Positions 36,062 to 45,546 of a stretch of DNA of 64,000 nt are shown in pieces. The stretch's first letter is position 1, and every line of letters begins with the position of its first letter. Source of the stretch: Berkelbacteria bacterium GW2011_GWE1_39_12 (GTDB lineage Bacteria; Patescibacteriota; UBA1384; UBA12157). The notes under the pieces were generated by a model. It had not been told where the DNA came from, ran no database searches, and saw only the letters and a program-made list of their open reading frames with translations. The position numbers and the translations under genes are program-made. The stretch spans positions 848,298 to 912,297 of the forward strand of contig CP011213.1 of NCBI GenBank assembly GCA_001029735.1, written 5' to 3'.

Positions 36062-37288
36062 TCATCCGTTACATCGTTTGGTAGCGGAGACAACGCCGGA
36101 TTTGATCCAGCGTCTGGAATGAACGGGGGAACACTCGGCCATATTGATCGGCTTGTGCTTTTCCACGGTGCCGATACCAACAATAGCCAAGACTGATACT
36201 TTGCTGTCATCAAATTCAACTGTGGTGACAGGTCCTCTGGAGACATTGTAACCTCCATGATGAATCACCAGGTCCTTTTCGATAAGTATCTCCAGACTAC
36301 CTGTCACATCATCAGGCCTCATCTTGCAGGCGTTTGCCGCTCTACTGATGGCTAGTAACACCACTTCAGACGAAGCGGTCAGTTGATAGATATGCGCTAA
36401 TAAGGTTAATGACTTAGCGCGAAGAACTGGTATCTCTCTGATTTCTGTCGATTCCACTACTTTTCCTACCCTTCCTTCCGGTTTTACCGGAATATCCGTC
36501 GATCGAACTACTTCATGATCTGAGTCATCTAGAAGTTCTTTCAGTCGTTTCAACGCTTTGTCTTGCAATCTGCTGACATGCATTTGACTGATACTGAGAA
36601 TTTCAGCCACTTCCGCTTGAGGTTTATCCTCAAAAAAACGGAGATAGATAATGCTCTTCTGGCGTTCATCAAGACATTCGATGGAGTGAAAAAGATCTCC
36701 GTAATTGTCTTGATTCGCAATACCAGGATCAAGTTCTCCCATGAATTCAGCGAGCGTTAAAGCAGTTGATTCACCATCGGAGCCCAGAGCGGTATCCAAC
36801 GATACTGTTTCGTAGGCGTTTCCCATCTCCATTGCAGCTAGAGTATCTTCTTCACTTGCGCCAACTGCTTCAGAAACTTCTTCAACCGTCGGCGCCCTTC
36901 CCAGACTCTGGCTAAGATTTTCGGAGACCTTGTTACAAGCCCAGTTCAGCTCCTTCAGTCGTCTTGGAACCTTTAAACTCCATTTTTTATCCCGAAAATG
37001 CCGTCTGATCTCTCCAACAATGGTAGGTGTTGCAAAGGTTGAAAATACAGTACCTCTTTCTGAGTCATATCTATCGACTGCGTGAATCAATCCTATCATT
37101 CCGACCTGGATCAAATCATCTAACGGCTCCCCCCGGTTCGCGAATTTTCCCGCTAAGAAACGAACAAGACTCTGATGCATCAAAACCAACCTGTCCCTAG
37201 TCCTCTGATCTCTGTTTTGTGCATAAGATCTCAACAATCTCTGTTCTTCCTCTTTGCGGTCTTGCAGGCAGCGATTTGCTTTCCTCAT
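36062..37288 (-). CDS. group-3 (SigB/FliA-like) RNA polymerase sigma factor with ~160-aa C-terminal extension; higher-GC islet
   Basis: Region 2 (...DLIQVGMIGLIHAVDRYDSERGTVFSTFATPTIVGEIRRHFRD...) and region 4 (...YLRFFEDKPQAEVAEILSISQMHVSRLQDKALKRLK...), followed by an unassigned 160-aa tail. Confidence 0.75.
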   Translation of the reverse strand: MRKANRCLQDRKEEEQRLLRSYAQNRDQRTRDRLVLMHQSLVRFLAGKFANRGEPLDDLIQVGMIGLIHAVDRYDSERGTVFSTFATPTIVGEIRRHFRDKKWSLKVPRRLKELNWACNKVSENLSQSLGRAPTVEEVSEAVGASEEDTLAAMEMGNAYETVSLDTALGSDGESTALTLAEFMGELDPGIANQDNYGDLFHSIECLDERQKSIIYLRFFEDKPQAEVAEILSISQMHVSRLQDKALKRLKELLDDSDHEVVRSTDIPVKPEGRVGKVVESTEIREIPVLRAKSLTLLAHIYQLTASSEVVLLAISRAANACKMRPDDVTGSLEILIEKDLVIHHGGYNVSRGPVTTVEFDDSKVSVLAIVGIGTVEKHKPINMAECSPVHSRRWIKSGVVSATKRCNG

Positions 37289-37378
37289 TTCTTTTCACCT
37301 GCTTTCCTTGAACCTATTTTTCAAACACCGATATTTTATCATTAAAATATTTTTTTGTAAAGATTATCAAGGCTGACA

Positions 37379-37446
37379 TTGACATATTCGCGTTTTTTCG
37401 ATATAGTTGTAATTGAGATGGTAAGTTATTAAACTTACCTTTTTTT
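37379..37446 (+). promoter_or_regulatory. consensus-like promoter (TTGACA-17-TATAGT) immediately followed by intrinsic terminator hairpin (GGTAAGTT-atta-AACTTACC + T7)
   Basis: Promoter hexamers at 37379-37384 and 37402-37407; terminator 37420-37446. Would give a ~30-nt transcript or act as an insulator/attenuator. Confidence 0.4.
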
Positions 37447-37447
37447 A

Positions 37448-37512
37448 TATCCTAAGGATACAAGCTCCGCTTATACCCGAAGGATACAAACTTGATTTAT
37501 ATCCGAAGGATA
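37448..37512. promoter_or_regulatory. array of three 13-bp palindromes TATCC-N3-GGATA (TATCCTAAGGATA, TACCCGAAGGATA, TATCCGAAGGATA) at exact 26-bp spacing - putative operator array
   Basis: Direct reading; each palindrome is embedded in a conserved ~20-nt unit TTATAYCCKAAGGATACWA. Located between the divergent sigma-factor gene and the nusA promoter. Confidence 0.5.
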
Positions 37513-37520
37513 CTAGCGAT

Positions 37521-37570
37521 TTGACAAAATTTATCAATATAATACAATAAATGTAAAGTTAAGTTTACAT
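37521..37570 (+). promoter_or_regulatory. putative nusA promoter (TTGACA ... TACAAT) and downstream 20-bp palindrome ATGTAAAGTTAAGTTTACAT in 5' UTR
   Basis: -35 at 37521-37526, -10 at 37543-37548 (16-nt spacer). Palindrome 37551-37570, 24 nt before the nusA ATG. Confidence 0.4.
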
Positions 37571-37593
37571 TAGAGAATTAAAGGAGTCCCCAA

Positions 37594-38811
37594 ATGGCAA
37601 TTTCACCATTTATGGCAGCAATCAATCAATTATGTGACGAAAAAAGTCTTTCAAAAGACACGATTTTAGAAACCATCGAAGCCGCGATCGCCGCCGCTTA
37701 CAGAAAAGATTATGGTGAACCTAGCCAAATTGTTAAGGCAAAAATGGACGAAGAAACTGGCGAGGCGAAGTTCTGGCAGGTTTTTGATGTCGTGGAAGAA
37801 GTCGAAGACCCAGAGTCTCAAAAGACATTAGATGAAGCCAAAAAAATTGATAAAAAAGCCAAGCTTGGTGAACAAGTTGAAATCGAATTGGAGACTCATT
37901 CTGAATTCGGACGTATTGCCGCTCAAACTGCTAAACAGGTTATTACTCAGCGTATTCGCGAAGCAGAACGAGATATGCTCTTTACCGAATTTAAAGATAA
38001 AGAAGCTCAATTAATCAACGGCACGATTCAACAAATTGAAAGTGGCAACGTTATTATCGATTTGGGAAAAATCAACGGTATTATGCCACCATCAGAACAA
38101 ATTTCAAATGAAAAATATTATTCTGGCCAAAGAATTAAAATTTTTGTTAAAGCAGTTGAAGAAACCAGTCGTGGTCCAAAAATTTTAGTTTCAAGATCAG
38201 ACGCAGGTTTGGTTGAAGGCCTTTTTGAAAATGAAGTCCCTGAAATAGCCGCCGGATCAGTTGAAATTAAGGGAATTGCCAGAGAAGCCGGCAGCCGTAG
38301 CAAGGTTTCAGTTTTTACTTCCCAAGAAGGACTGGATCCAGTAGGCTCATGTGTGGGTCAGCGCGGTACCCGTATCCAAGCAGTTTTAGCTGAACTACCA
38401 GAAGAAAAAATAGATATTATTCTATGGAATGCAGATGAAAAACAGTATATAATTAATGCTCTTTCACCAGCAAAGGTGGACAAAGTTAAGCTCAGTAAAG
38501 AAGAGCAACGTGCCATTGTTTATGTTCCAGATGATCAACTTTCATTAGCCATTGGAACTGGCGGACAAAATGTTCGACTCGCCAGCAAATTAACCGGTTG
38601 GAGCTTAGACATTGAAAAAACTGACGAAGCTACAGAAAAAGAAAAAACAGAAGCAGTAGACGAAGAACCAAAAGAAAAAATTGCAAAGCCAAAAAAAACC
38701 AAAAAGAATAAAAAAGAAAAAGATGCTGAATTGCCAGAAGACTCAGCTATTAATACAGAAACTCCTATGGCTGAGACCGGCGATTTAGACGAAATCGCCA
38801 CCAATGAATAA
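37594..38811 (+). CDS. nusA: transcription termination/antitermination factor NusA with acidic/lysine-rich C-terminal tail
   Basis: NusA N-domain, S1 and two KH domains (...GSCVGQRGTRIQAV...). Confidence 0.9.
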   Translation: MAISPFMAAINQLCDEKSLSKDTILETIEAAIAAAYRKDYGEPSQIVKAKMDEETGEAKFWQVFDVVEEVEDPESQKTLDEAKKIDKKAKLGEQVEIELETHSEFGRIAAQTAKQVITQRIREAERDMLFTEFKDKEAQLINGTIQQIESGNVIIDLGKINGIMPPSEQISNEKYYSGQRIKIFVKAVEETSRGPKILVSRSDAGLVEGLFENEVPEIAAGSVEIKGIAREAGSRSKVSVFTSQEGLDPVGSCVGQRGTRIQAVLAELPEEKIDIILWNADEKQYIINALSPAKVDKVKLSKEEQRAIVYVPDDQLSLAIGTGGQNVRLASKLTGWSLDIEKTDEATEKEKTEAVDEEPKEKIAKPKKTKKNKKEKDAELPEDSAINTETPMAETGDLDEIATNE

Positions 38812-38891
38812 TTTGTGGCCAGAAAGCACAAAAATTAATGAATAATTATGGCCCTAACGGGCGCGGAAATTATTCACTAATATAAAAACAT

Positions 38892-41423
38892 ATGAATAAT
38901 TATGACCCACAAGAAATATTTAAAAAATTTGCTCCGAACGCTCGCAAGATCCTAATTTCCAGTCAAAAAATTGCCCAAAGCATGGACAGTGCTTTGGGAA
39001 GCGAACATATTCTTCTCGCTTTAGCCGTTACGCCAAATACTTTGGCAAACGGTATTTTAAAGGAGCATATGATCAGCATGGACCAAATCCGGCTGGTTAT
39101 TTCTTTACATCGCTTTGCCGATAAAAACGGTACCGGAATCACCGACGAAGCAAAAGAAGTGTTCGAATTGGCGGCAAAAGAAGCACAAAATTTCGGCCAT
39201 AATAAAATCGATACGGAACACATTCTTTTAGCGATAACGGAAAAACCGGATTCGCTCGGGGCTGAGGTTATTAATAAAATTGGCATTAATCCAGAAGATA
39301 TCCGGACTCAAATTGAAAATTTTTTCGAAGATTTAAAAGACATGGAAGACGCCAACGAGATAATTTCCCAGCAACAACTGCCGCCAAACTTTAGTGGTGG
39401 TGATTTGCCGAACTATCCAGATTTACCACCAATGCAAGAAATGCCTATGCCTGGCAAACCAAAAGGTTTAGAATACTATACAACTGACTTAACTAAAGAA
39501 GCAGAAGAGAAAAAACTTGATCCGGTCATCGGCCGCGAAAAAGAAATTCAACGAGCAATTCAAATACTTACTCGACGCACCAAAAACAATCCAGTTTTAG
39601 TCGGAGAACCTGGTGTCGGTAAAACCGCAATTGTCGAAGGCTTGGCTCAAAAAATCGCCGAAAATGACATTCCTGAAAGTCTCAAAGGCAAAAGAGTTAT
39701 TATGCTCGATTTGGCTTTAATGATTGCCGGCACAATGTACCGCGGTCAATTTGAAGAAAGAGTCAAAAAAGTATTAGACGAACTTATCAAAAGAGGGGAT
39801 ACTCTCTTGTTTGTCGACGAAATTCATACCATTGTAGGCGCGGGCTCGGCCGAAGGTTCTTTGGATTTAGCCAATATTTTGAAACCATCTTTAGCCAAAG
39901 GTAAAATTCACTTGATTGGTGCCACCACACATGAAGAGTACCGCAAATTCATCGAAAAGGACCCGGCTTTGGAACGCAGATTGCAAAAAATCACAGTCAA
40001 TGAACCATCGCCTGAAGAAGCTGTTCAAATTTTAAAGGGAATTAAAAAAAACTATGAAGTTCATCACGGCGTAAAGATATCCGACGAAGCCATTGAAGTG
40101 GCTGTCGATCTTTCCAGAAGATACATCTTTGATCGATTTTTGCCCGATAAGGCAATTGATTTAATCGATGAAGCTTCTGCCGCCTGGCAGATTCGCTATG
40201 GCAGAAAAACGATTATTGATACTGATGCCTTACAAAAACAATTGGATCAAGTAAAAAAGCAAAAAGAGCAGGAAGTCCGAAATGAAAACTTTGAAAAAGC
40301 TGCAAATTTACGCAATCTTGAAACTCGTTTAAAAGATGAGATTGAAGTTAATAAAAAAATTAAGACCGAAACTGGTCCGGTTTCAATTGGTCGTGAAGAC
40401 ATTGCCAAGGTTTTAGCACTCTGGACCAATGTTCCTGTGGAGACTTTAAAAACTGAAGAAAAAGAAAAATATCTTAAATTAAAAGAAATTTTGAAAAAGT
40501 CGATTATTGGTCAAGATGAAGCCATTGAAGAAATATCTTTAGCAATCAAAAGATCAAAATCGGGTATGTCTGATCCGCATCGTCCAATCGGTTCCTTTAT
40601 TTTCTTAGGTCCAACTGGTGTAGGAAAAACGGAATTAGCCAGAGTTCTTTCAGAAGAACTTTTCGGCAGCCGCGAATCTATTATCAAAATTGATATGTCG
40701 GAATTTATGGAACGCCATAATGTATCCAGATTATTGGGGGCGCCTCCAGGATATGTCGGTTATGAAGAAGCGGGTAAACTAACCGAGCAAGTTCGTCAAA
40801 AACCATATTCAATTATTTTGTTTGATGAAATTGAAAAAGCCCATCCGGAAATTTTCAATATTTTATTGCAGATTTTGGAAGATGGGGAATTAACTGACGC
40901 CAAAGGCCGAAAGATTAATTTCCGCAACACTATTATTATTATGACTTCAAATATTGGCATGCATAAGCTAACCGAGCAAGCTGCCATTGGTTTTGCAACC
41001 AAAGAAAAAGACGAGAAGGCAGTGAAAGATAATTACGAACGAATGAAAGACGAAGTGGTCAAAGAATTAAAGCACGAGTTCAGACCAGAGCTTTTAAACC
41101 GCTTAGATAAGGTCATTGTTTTTCGTCCATTGGGCAAAGAAGAAATTGAGAAGATCGCCAAGTTACAGCTTGAACGATTAGCGAAAAGATTAAGAGAAGA
41201 AAAAACAGAAATAACTTTTGATAACAAAGTGGTAAGTCTTATTGCCGAAAAAGGCTATGATCCGCACTTTGGTGCCCGTCCAATTCGTCGCGCTATTTCG
41301 GAATTAATTGAAAATCCTTTAAGCGACTATATTTTATCGGATAAATTTGACCAAAGCGAACCGATAAAAATCACTGTCACTAAAGGTGAGATTAGTTTTA
41401 AAAAAGCGGCTAAATTAGTTTAG
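38892..41423 (+). CDS. clpC: ATP-dependent Clp protease ATP-binding subunit ClpC (two Clp_N repeats, two AAA+ modules, UVR-like middle motif)
   Basis: Walker A GEPGVGKT and GPTGVGKT; ...KAIDLIDEA...; 843 aa. Confidence 0.9.
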   Translation: MNNYDPQEIFKKFAPNARKILISSQKIAQSMDSALGSEHILLALAVTPNTLANGILKEHMISMDQIRLVISLHRFADKNGTGITDEAKEVFELAAKEAQNFGHNKIDTEHILLAITEKPDSLGAEVINKIGINPEDIRTQIENFFEDLKDMEDANEIISQQQLPPNFSGGDLPNYPDLPPMQEMPMPGKPKGLEYYTTDLTKEAEEKKLDPVIGREKEIQRAIQILTRRTKNNPVLVGEPGVGKTAIVEGLAQKIAENDIPESLKGKRVIMLDLALMIAGTMYRGQFEERVKKVLDELIKRGDTLLFVDEIHTIVGAGSAEGSLDLANILKPSLAKGKIHLIGATTHEEYRKFIEKDPALERRLQKITVNEPSPEEAVQILKGIKKNYEVHHGVKISDEAIEVAVDLSRRYIFDRFLPDKAIDLIDEASAAWQIRYGRKTIIDTDALQKQLDQVKKQKEQEVRNENFEKAANLRNLETRLKDEIEVNKKIKTETGPVSIGREDIAKVLALWTNVPVETLKTEEKEKYLKLKEILKKSIIGQDEAIEEISLAIKRSKSGMSDPHRPIGSFIFLGPTGVGKTELARVLSEELFGSRESIIKIDMSEFMERHNVSRLLGAPPGYVGYEEAGKLTEQVRQKPYSIILFDEIEKAHPEIFNILLQILEDGELTDAKGRKINFRNTIIIMTSNIGMHKLTEQAAIGFATKEKDEKAVKDNYERMKDEVVKELKHEFRPELLNRLDKVIVFRPLGKEEIEKIAKLQLERLAKRLREEKTEITFDNKVVSLIAEKGYDPHFGARPIRRAISELIENPLSDYILSDKFDQSEPIKITVTKGEISFKKAAKLV

Positions 41424-42394
41424 CCGCTAAAGAGATCGGATGTGAAAACAATCTCACCTTCCCAATGAGGGACCAATAGGTCAAACCCAATATGACCTCG
41501 TCTTCTTCTGTCTTCGTCATATTTGATTCGGCCCTTGCAGTAAGGACGCATGCCGCAATTTTGAGCACAATAAAATGCTCTCTTTTGCAAGTTATGCTTA
41601 GGCGCTTTCGCGCAAATATCAGCACTTAACCACCACCCGCCTTGGGAAAAATCCACCCAGGATATGTTGTGGTCCAAACAAACTTGGCAATAATCAGTAC
41701 TGAGCAATAGTGCGATTGCATCTTTATATTCAGTGTCCGACGACGTGATAACGCCCAATTCAAATGCCTTTCTTAGGGCATGAACATCTACTGGCACAGC
41801 CGGAATCTTACTGGCTGTTTCCCAATCTGCCTTATGAGTTCGCCAACTTACTGCCTGAAACCAAATGATAATGAGTTGCGCAATCTTATGTGCTATTCCG
41901 TCAAAATCACACAACCTCTCCATCAGCTCAAGCCTTTGCTCCATCGGGTCGCCTGGTTTTAGATTATAGAAGATTTTTCGAGGATCCCCATCGTAATCCG
42001 TATGCAACCTAATCAGATTGTTTTTCCAGTTCTTGATATATTCTGGATGCGTCTCGCCGAATGGGACTATTGGCGTCATGTCTTCTATAAATCGTTTAAG
42101 ACTCGTATGCGGGTTTAGAAGATGGCGCCGATTTTGCATTATATCTGCCACCTTCGAAATAACTTCGGTTGCTTTTTTACCACTTCGACTTAATTGTCCC
42201 ATACAAAAAAGCTGAAGAGCATGCTCTCGGCTACCATATTTTATGTTTGGCGATGAAAACCTTTCTTCTGGCGGTTTCTGATAATACGGCGAACACTTAT
42301 ACAATTGCCATAACTCAGCAATCCGAATCACTACCTCAACCATCCTGTCCTCATCAACTGTGAATCGTCTCTTGGGATTCTTCCACCCCGGCAT
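41420..42394 (-). CDS. HhH-GPD-superfamily DNA glycosylase-like protein with C-terminal Cys4 ([4Fe-4S]-like) cluster; higher-GC
   Basis: Helix-hairpin-helix-like ...DFDGIAHKIAQLIIIWF... and ...VPVDVHALRKAFELGVI..., then C-x14-C-x3-C-x5-C. GGAGGTGGAG RBS. Pattern-based. Confidence 0.5.
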   Translation of the reverse strand: MPGWKNPKRRFTVDEDRMVEVVIRIAELWQLYKCSPYYQKPPEERFSSPNIKYGSREHALQLFCMGQLSRSGKKATEVISKVADIMQNRRHLLNPHTSLKRFIEDMTPIVPFGETHPEYIKNWKNNLIRLHTDYDGDPRKIFYNLKPGDPMEQRLELMERLCDFDGIAHKIAQLIIIWFQAVSWRTHKADWETASKIPAVPVDVHALRKAFELGVITSSDTEYKDAIALLLSTDYCQVCLDHNISWVDFSQGGWWLSADICAKAPKHNLQKRAFYCAQNCGMRPYCKGRIKYDEDRRRRGHIGFDLLVPHWEGEIVFTSDLFSG

Positions 42395-42621
42395 CTGTCT
42401 CCACCTCCGTCATAAACAGACTATCGCTAATCTGCTCGGCAATTCGCTTTTCATGATGCTTACTGCTTTAGGCAGACTCGATCTTATATCAAGGTACTCA
42501 TCTGTATCACCTCCTGTAGCTTTTTCATTATTACAAAAGAATTAGAAAAACTACAATTTTGTCAACCTAAACATGAGTGAATATTTTTTGATATACTAAA
42601 ATAAATAAATGTGGAGGGTAA

Positions 42622-43575
42622 ATGCATAATAAAGTCTTAGGTGTGTTTTTGATATTTGTAACCATACCATTAGTCATGCTCTCAATAATTAGTCTTGGCA
42701 CTGGTAAACTTTCTACAGCAACATATTATAAAAACCTTTTTAAAAAAGCTGATGCTTACAAGCTCGCAATTCAAGCGCTACCTAAATCCGAAACAACTAA
42801 AAATGATGACATTATTGCTCAAATTTCAAACGATATGACGCCCGTCTGGCTTGAGCAAACCATAACAAAAAATTTAGATCAATTTGATGCTTATTTTAAT
42901 GGGCGAACTACAGCCATTGATCCGAGTATTGATATTACAGCCTTCAAAGGTGATCTAACTGCCACACTGCCAGCCGAATTTAAATCGGTTGTGCCAGATG
43001 TTATTAGTTTCACTACTTACAACGACTACTTAAACCAAACGGAAAAATTAGTGTCAGAAAACTCCGGACTAATTCAAACAGAGGACCAGAGTAATTCAGA
43101 GCAGATTCAGCAACAGCTTGAATCAACTCGAAAAACCCAGCAACAATTTTTCACCAGTTTATCATCAGCCAAGCAAGGTTATCATTTTGTCATCATTTTA
43201 AAATATGTTTTATATGTACTGACAATACTGATGCTTTTAACCATAGTACTAGCTGCCAGACATTGGTATCCGGCCATCTTGCGTTGGGCTGGCCAAACTC
43301 TTTTGATTAGCGGCGTTGCAACCCTTGGATTCTTTTTTGCCATACAAAAAATTGCTTTAGGATTCAATCTAATTGATAAAACTAGCCTCAGTGATAGTTT
43401 AAAACAAATTCTTAAACCGCTCTATAATAATATCTTTCAAGATATCACCTTTGGCGTAGAAAAAATCGCCCTGATTGTTGCCCTCATTGGCTTACTTTTC
43501 ATTATTGCATCATACATTTTGCCATTTTTTTCGCCGGAAGCGAAAAAAGTAACACCCGTATCTGCAAATAGTTGA
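42622..43575 (+). CDS. hypothetical membrane protein (N-terminal and C-terminal TM regions)
   Basis: GGAGGG RBS; hydrophobic termini flanking a polar domain. Confidence 0.5.
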   Translation: MHNKVLGVFLIFVTIPLVMLSIISLGTGKLSTATYYKNLFKKADAYKLAIQALPKSETTKNDDIIAQISNDMTPVWLEQTITKNLDQFDAYFNGRTTAIDPSIDITAFKGDLTATLPAEFKSVVPDVISFTTYNDYLNQTEKLVSENSGLIQTEDQSNSEQIQQQLESTRKTQQQFFTSLSSAKQGYHFVIILKYVLYVLTILMLLTIVLAARHWYPAILRWAGQTLLISGVATLGFFFAIQKIALGFNLIDKTSLSDSLKQILKPLYNNIFQDITFGVEKIALIVALIGLLFIIASYILPFFSPEAKKVTPVSANS

Positions 43576-43596
43576 CACTTATGATATACTCTGAAT

Positions 43597-45081
43597 ATGG
43601 GCTATGACGAATTAGCAAATAAAATTGCGTATCTGTCTAAACCCGATCAACAGCTGGTTCGGCACGCTTTTTTGTTTGCGCAAAAATGCCATGAGGGACA
43701 AGTCAGAAATACTGGTGAACCTTATGTCCAACATGCAATTGCTGCCGCCGGCACCATTGCCGATTTACATTTAGATGCCAAAACTGTGGCTGCTGCACTC
43801 CTTCATGATACATGTGAAGACACTGATTTAACTTTAAATGACCTTAGAAAAGAATTTGGTCGTGAAATTGCCAATTTGGTAGACGGAGTAACAAAGCTAA
43901 GTAAAATCCGAATTACTACCAAGTGGCTGTTCGTTAAAGAAAAAGAACAATTGGCTGAATACGACCGACAAATTGAAACCTTGCGCAAAATGTTTGTGGC
44001 TATGAGCAGTGATATCCGTGTTGTTATTTTAAAACTTGCCGATCGCTTACATAACATGCAAACGCTCGATGGAGTTCCCAAGGAAAAACGCTATCGCATT
44101 GCTAAAGAAACTTTAGCAATTTATGCACCTTTGGCTTATCGATTAGGTATGGGAGAAGTAAAAGGAAAGTTGGAAGACTTGGCTTTTCCGTATGTTTATC
44201 CGGAAGAATACGCCGCGCTAAAGAAAAAAGCGGCAGGCAGATTAGTAGAAAAAGAAAGATATATTCTGCAATTTAAAAAGAAAATATTGGCAAAACTTTA
44301 CAAAGACGGGATTAAGGGCCAAATTCATGGCCGCACCAAGCATATGTATTCCTTGTGGCGTAAACTTCAGCGATATGACAACGATCTTTCTCATATCTAC
44401 GATCTAGTTGCGCTTCGAATTATTGTGAATTCTGTGGAAGAATGCTACAAAGCTCTCGGCATCATTCATAATAACTGGAAGCCGTTGGTTGGTCGTATTA
44501 AAGATTATATTGCCATGCCAAAACCGAATGGTTATCGCTCAATCCACACCACGGTTTTCGGACCAGGCGGCGAAATTGTAGAAATTCAGATCAGATCTAA
44601 AGAAATGCACGAACAAGCCGAATTTGGTATTGCCGCTCATTGGCATTATTCCGAAAAAAAAGGTGGCATAGACTACTTACTGCGTAAAGTTTCGCGTGCT
44701 CCAAAAAAAGAATTAGTGTGGGTCAATGAACTGGCCAAATGGCAGAAGGCAGTCGGCGACAACAAAGAGATGGAATCTGATTTAGGCATGGACTTTTTCT
44801 CTGACCGCATCTTTGTTTATACTCCAACTGGCGATGTAAAAGATCTGCCAATCGGTGCGACGCCAATTGATTTTGCCTACGCAGTTCATACCGATTTAGG
44901 CAACCATGTCGGCGGCGCTAAAGTTAATGGAAAAATGGTTGATTTAGCCCATGAACTCAAAAGAGGCGATATTGTCGATATTATAAAAAAGAAAAACGCC
45001 TCGCCAAAAAGAGATTGGTTGGAATTTGCCAAGACTTCACTCGCTCGAGGCAAAATCAAGTCTCAGATTAAAGGAAAATAG
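43597..45081 (+). CDS. rel: short bifunctional (p)ppGpp synthetase/hydrolase (HD + RelA/SpoT synthetase + TGS; no ACT domain)
   Basis: HD motif ...HDTCEDT...; synthetase motifs ...RIKDYIAMPKPNGYRSIHTTV...; 494 aa. Confidence 0.85.
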   Translation: MGYDELANKIAYLSKPDQQLVRHAFLFAQKCHEGQVRNTGEPYVQHAIAAAGTIADLHLDAKTVAAALLHDTCEDTDLTLNDLRKEFGREIANLVDGVTKLSKIRITTKWLFVKEKEQLAEYDRQIETLRKMFVAMSSDIRVVILKLADRLHNMQTLDGVPKEKRYRIAKETLAIYAPLAYRLGMGEVKGKLEDLAFPYVYPEEYAALKKKAAGRLVEKERYILQFKKKILAKLYKDGIKGQIHGRTKHMYSLWRKLQRYDNDLSHIYDLVALRIIVNSVEECYKALGIIHNNWKPLVGRIKDYIAMPKPNGYRSIHTTVFGPGGEIVEIQIRSKEMHEQAEFGIAAHWHYSEKKGGIDYLLRKVSRAPKKELVWVNELAKWQKAVGDNKEMESDLGMDFFSDRIFVYTPTGDVKDLPIGATPIDFAYAVHTDLGNHVGGAKVNGKMVDLAHELKRGDIVDIIKKKNASPKRDWLEFAKTSLARGKIKSQIKGK

Positions 45082-45097
45082 TTCTATAAAAAGCAAA

Positions 45098-45126
45098 GAG
45101 CCCCGCGGTTTAAAACCAAGGGGCTC
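45098..45126. terminator. bidirectional terminator hairpin between convergent rel and 45148..45546 gene
   Basis: GAGCCCC-15 nt-GGGGCTC. Confidence 0.5.
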
Positions 45127-45147
45127 GATGTGTTTGCCATGAAATTC

Positions 45148-45546
45148 TTATTGCAGAGAACGAAATGCTTTCTCTGCAAGCTCTAGACTTATTTGTGCGG
45201 CGTGATAGCGCAGAAATGTACCTTTGTCACGCAGGTACTCATCCTGCCACTTCGCACTATTGACAAGGTCGTTTTTCACCTGATCGGCCATTTTGGACTT
45301 TTCAGTTGAGTCTTCCGCCATGATGGCGTTAAGGCTCAAGCCTTTCCGAGAAACTCGATCGGTAGTTGTCGCTTCGACATTATATACTCGGAATGATTCG
45401 GCTCGGTAACTTTCCGAGAGCTTAATCATTGCCTCGCTCTCTGCTTGAAACTGCCCGATGACCTGGTGCTGTTTGAAGATTGTCGTACCAATCACCAGCA
45501 CGACCATCAACAGCCACAATTTCCACAGACTTAACAGCTCTGCCAT
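45148..45546 (-). CDS. hypothetical membrane-anchored protein (132 aa); higher-GC islet; preceded by duplicated structured leader
   Basis: N-terminal TM helix (LWKLWLLMVVLVIGTTIF) then soluble domain. AGGAGG RBS inside the conserved leader. Confidence 0.5.
   Translation of the reverse strand: MAELLSLWKLWLLMVVLVIGTTIFKQHQVIGQFQAESEAMIKLSESYRAESFRVYNVEATTTDRVSRKGLSLNAIMAEDSTEKSKMADQVKNDLVNSAKWQDEYLRDKGTFLRYHAAQISLELAEKAFRSLQ

Noticed and set aside
36043-36258. Long N-terminal version of the 35278 ORF starting at 36258
   Set aside because: It would overlap the sigma-factor gene by ~200 nt out of frame. An internal ATG at 36042 lies just past the sigma stop and is preferred. A frameshift fusion cannot be fully excluded.
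37448-37512. Possible CRISPR array (regularly spaced repeats)
   Set aside because: There are only three units and the repeats are 13-bp palindromes inside a 26-bp period. No cas genes are present. The array fits an operator far better than CRISPR. No CRISPR-like repeat-spacer structure was seen anywhere in the window.
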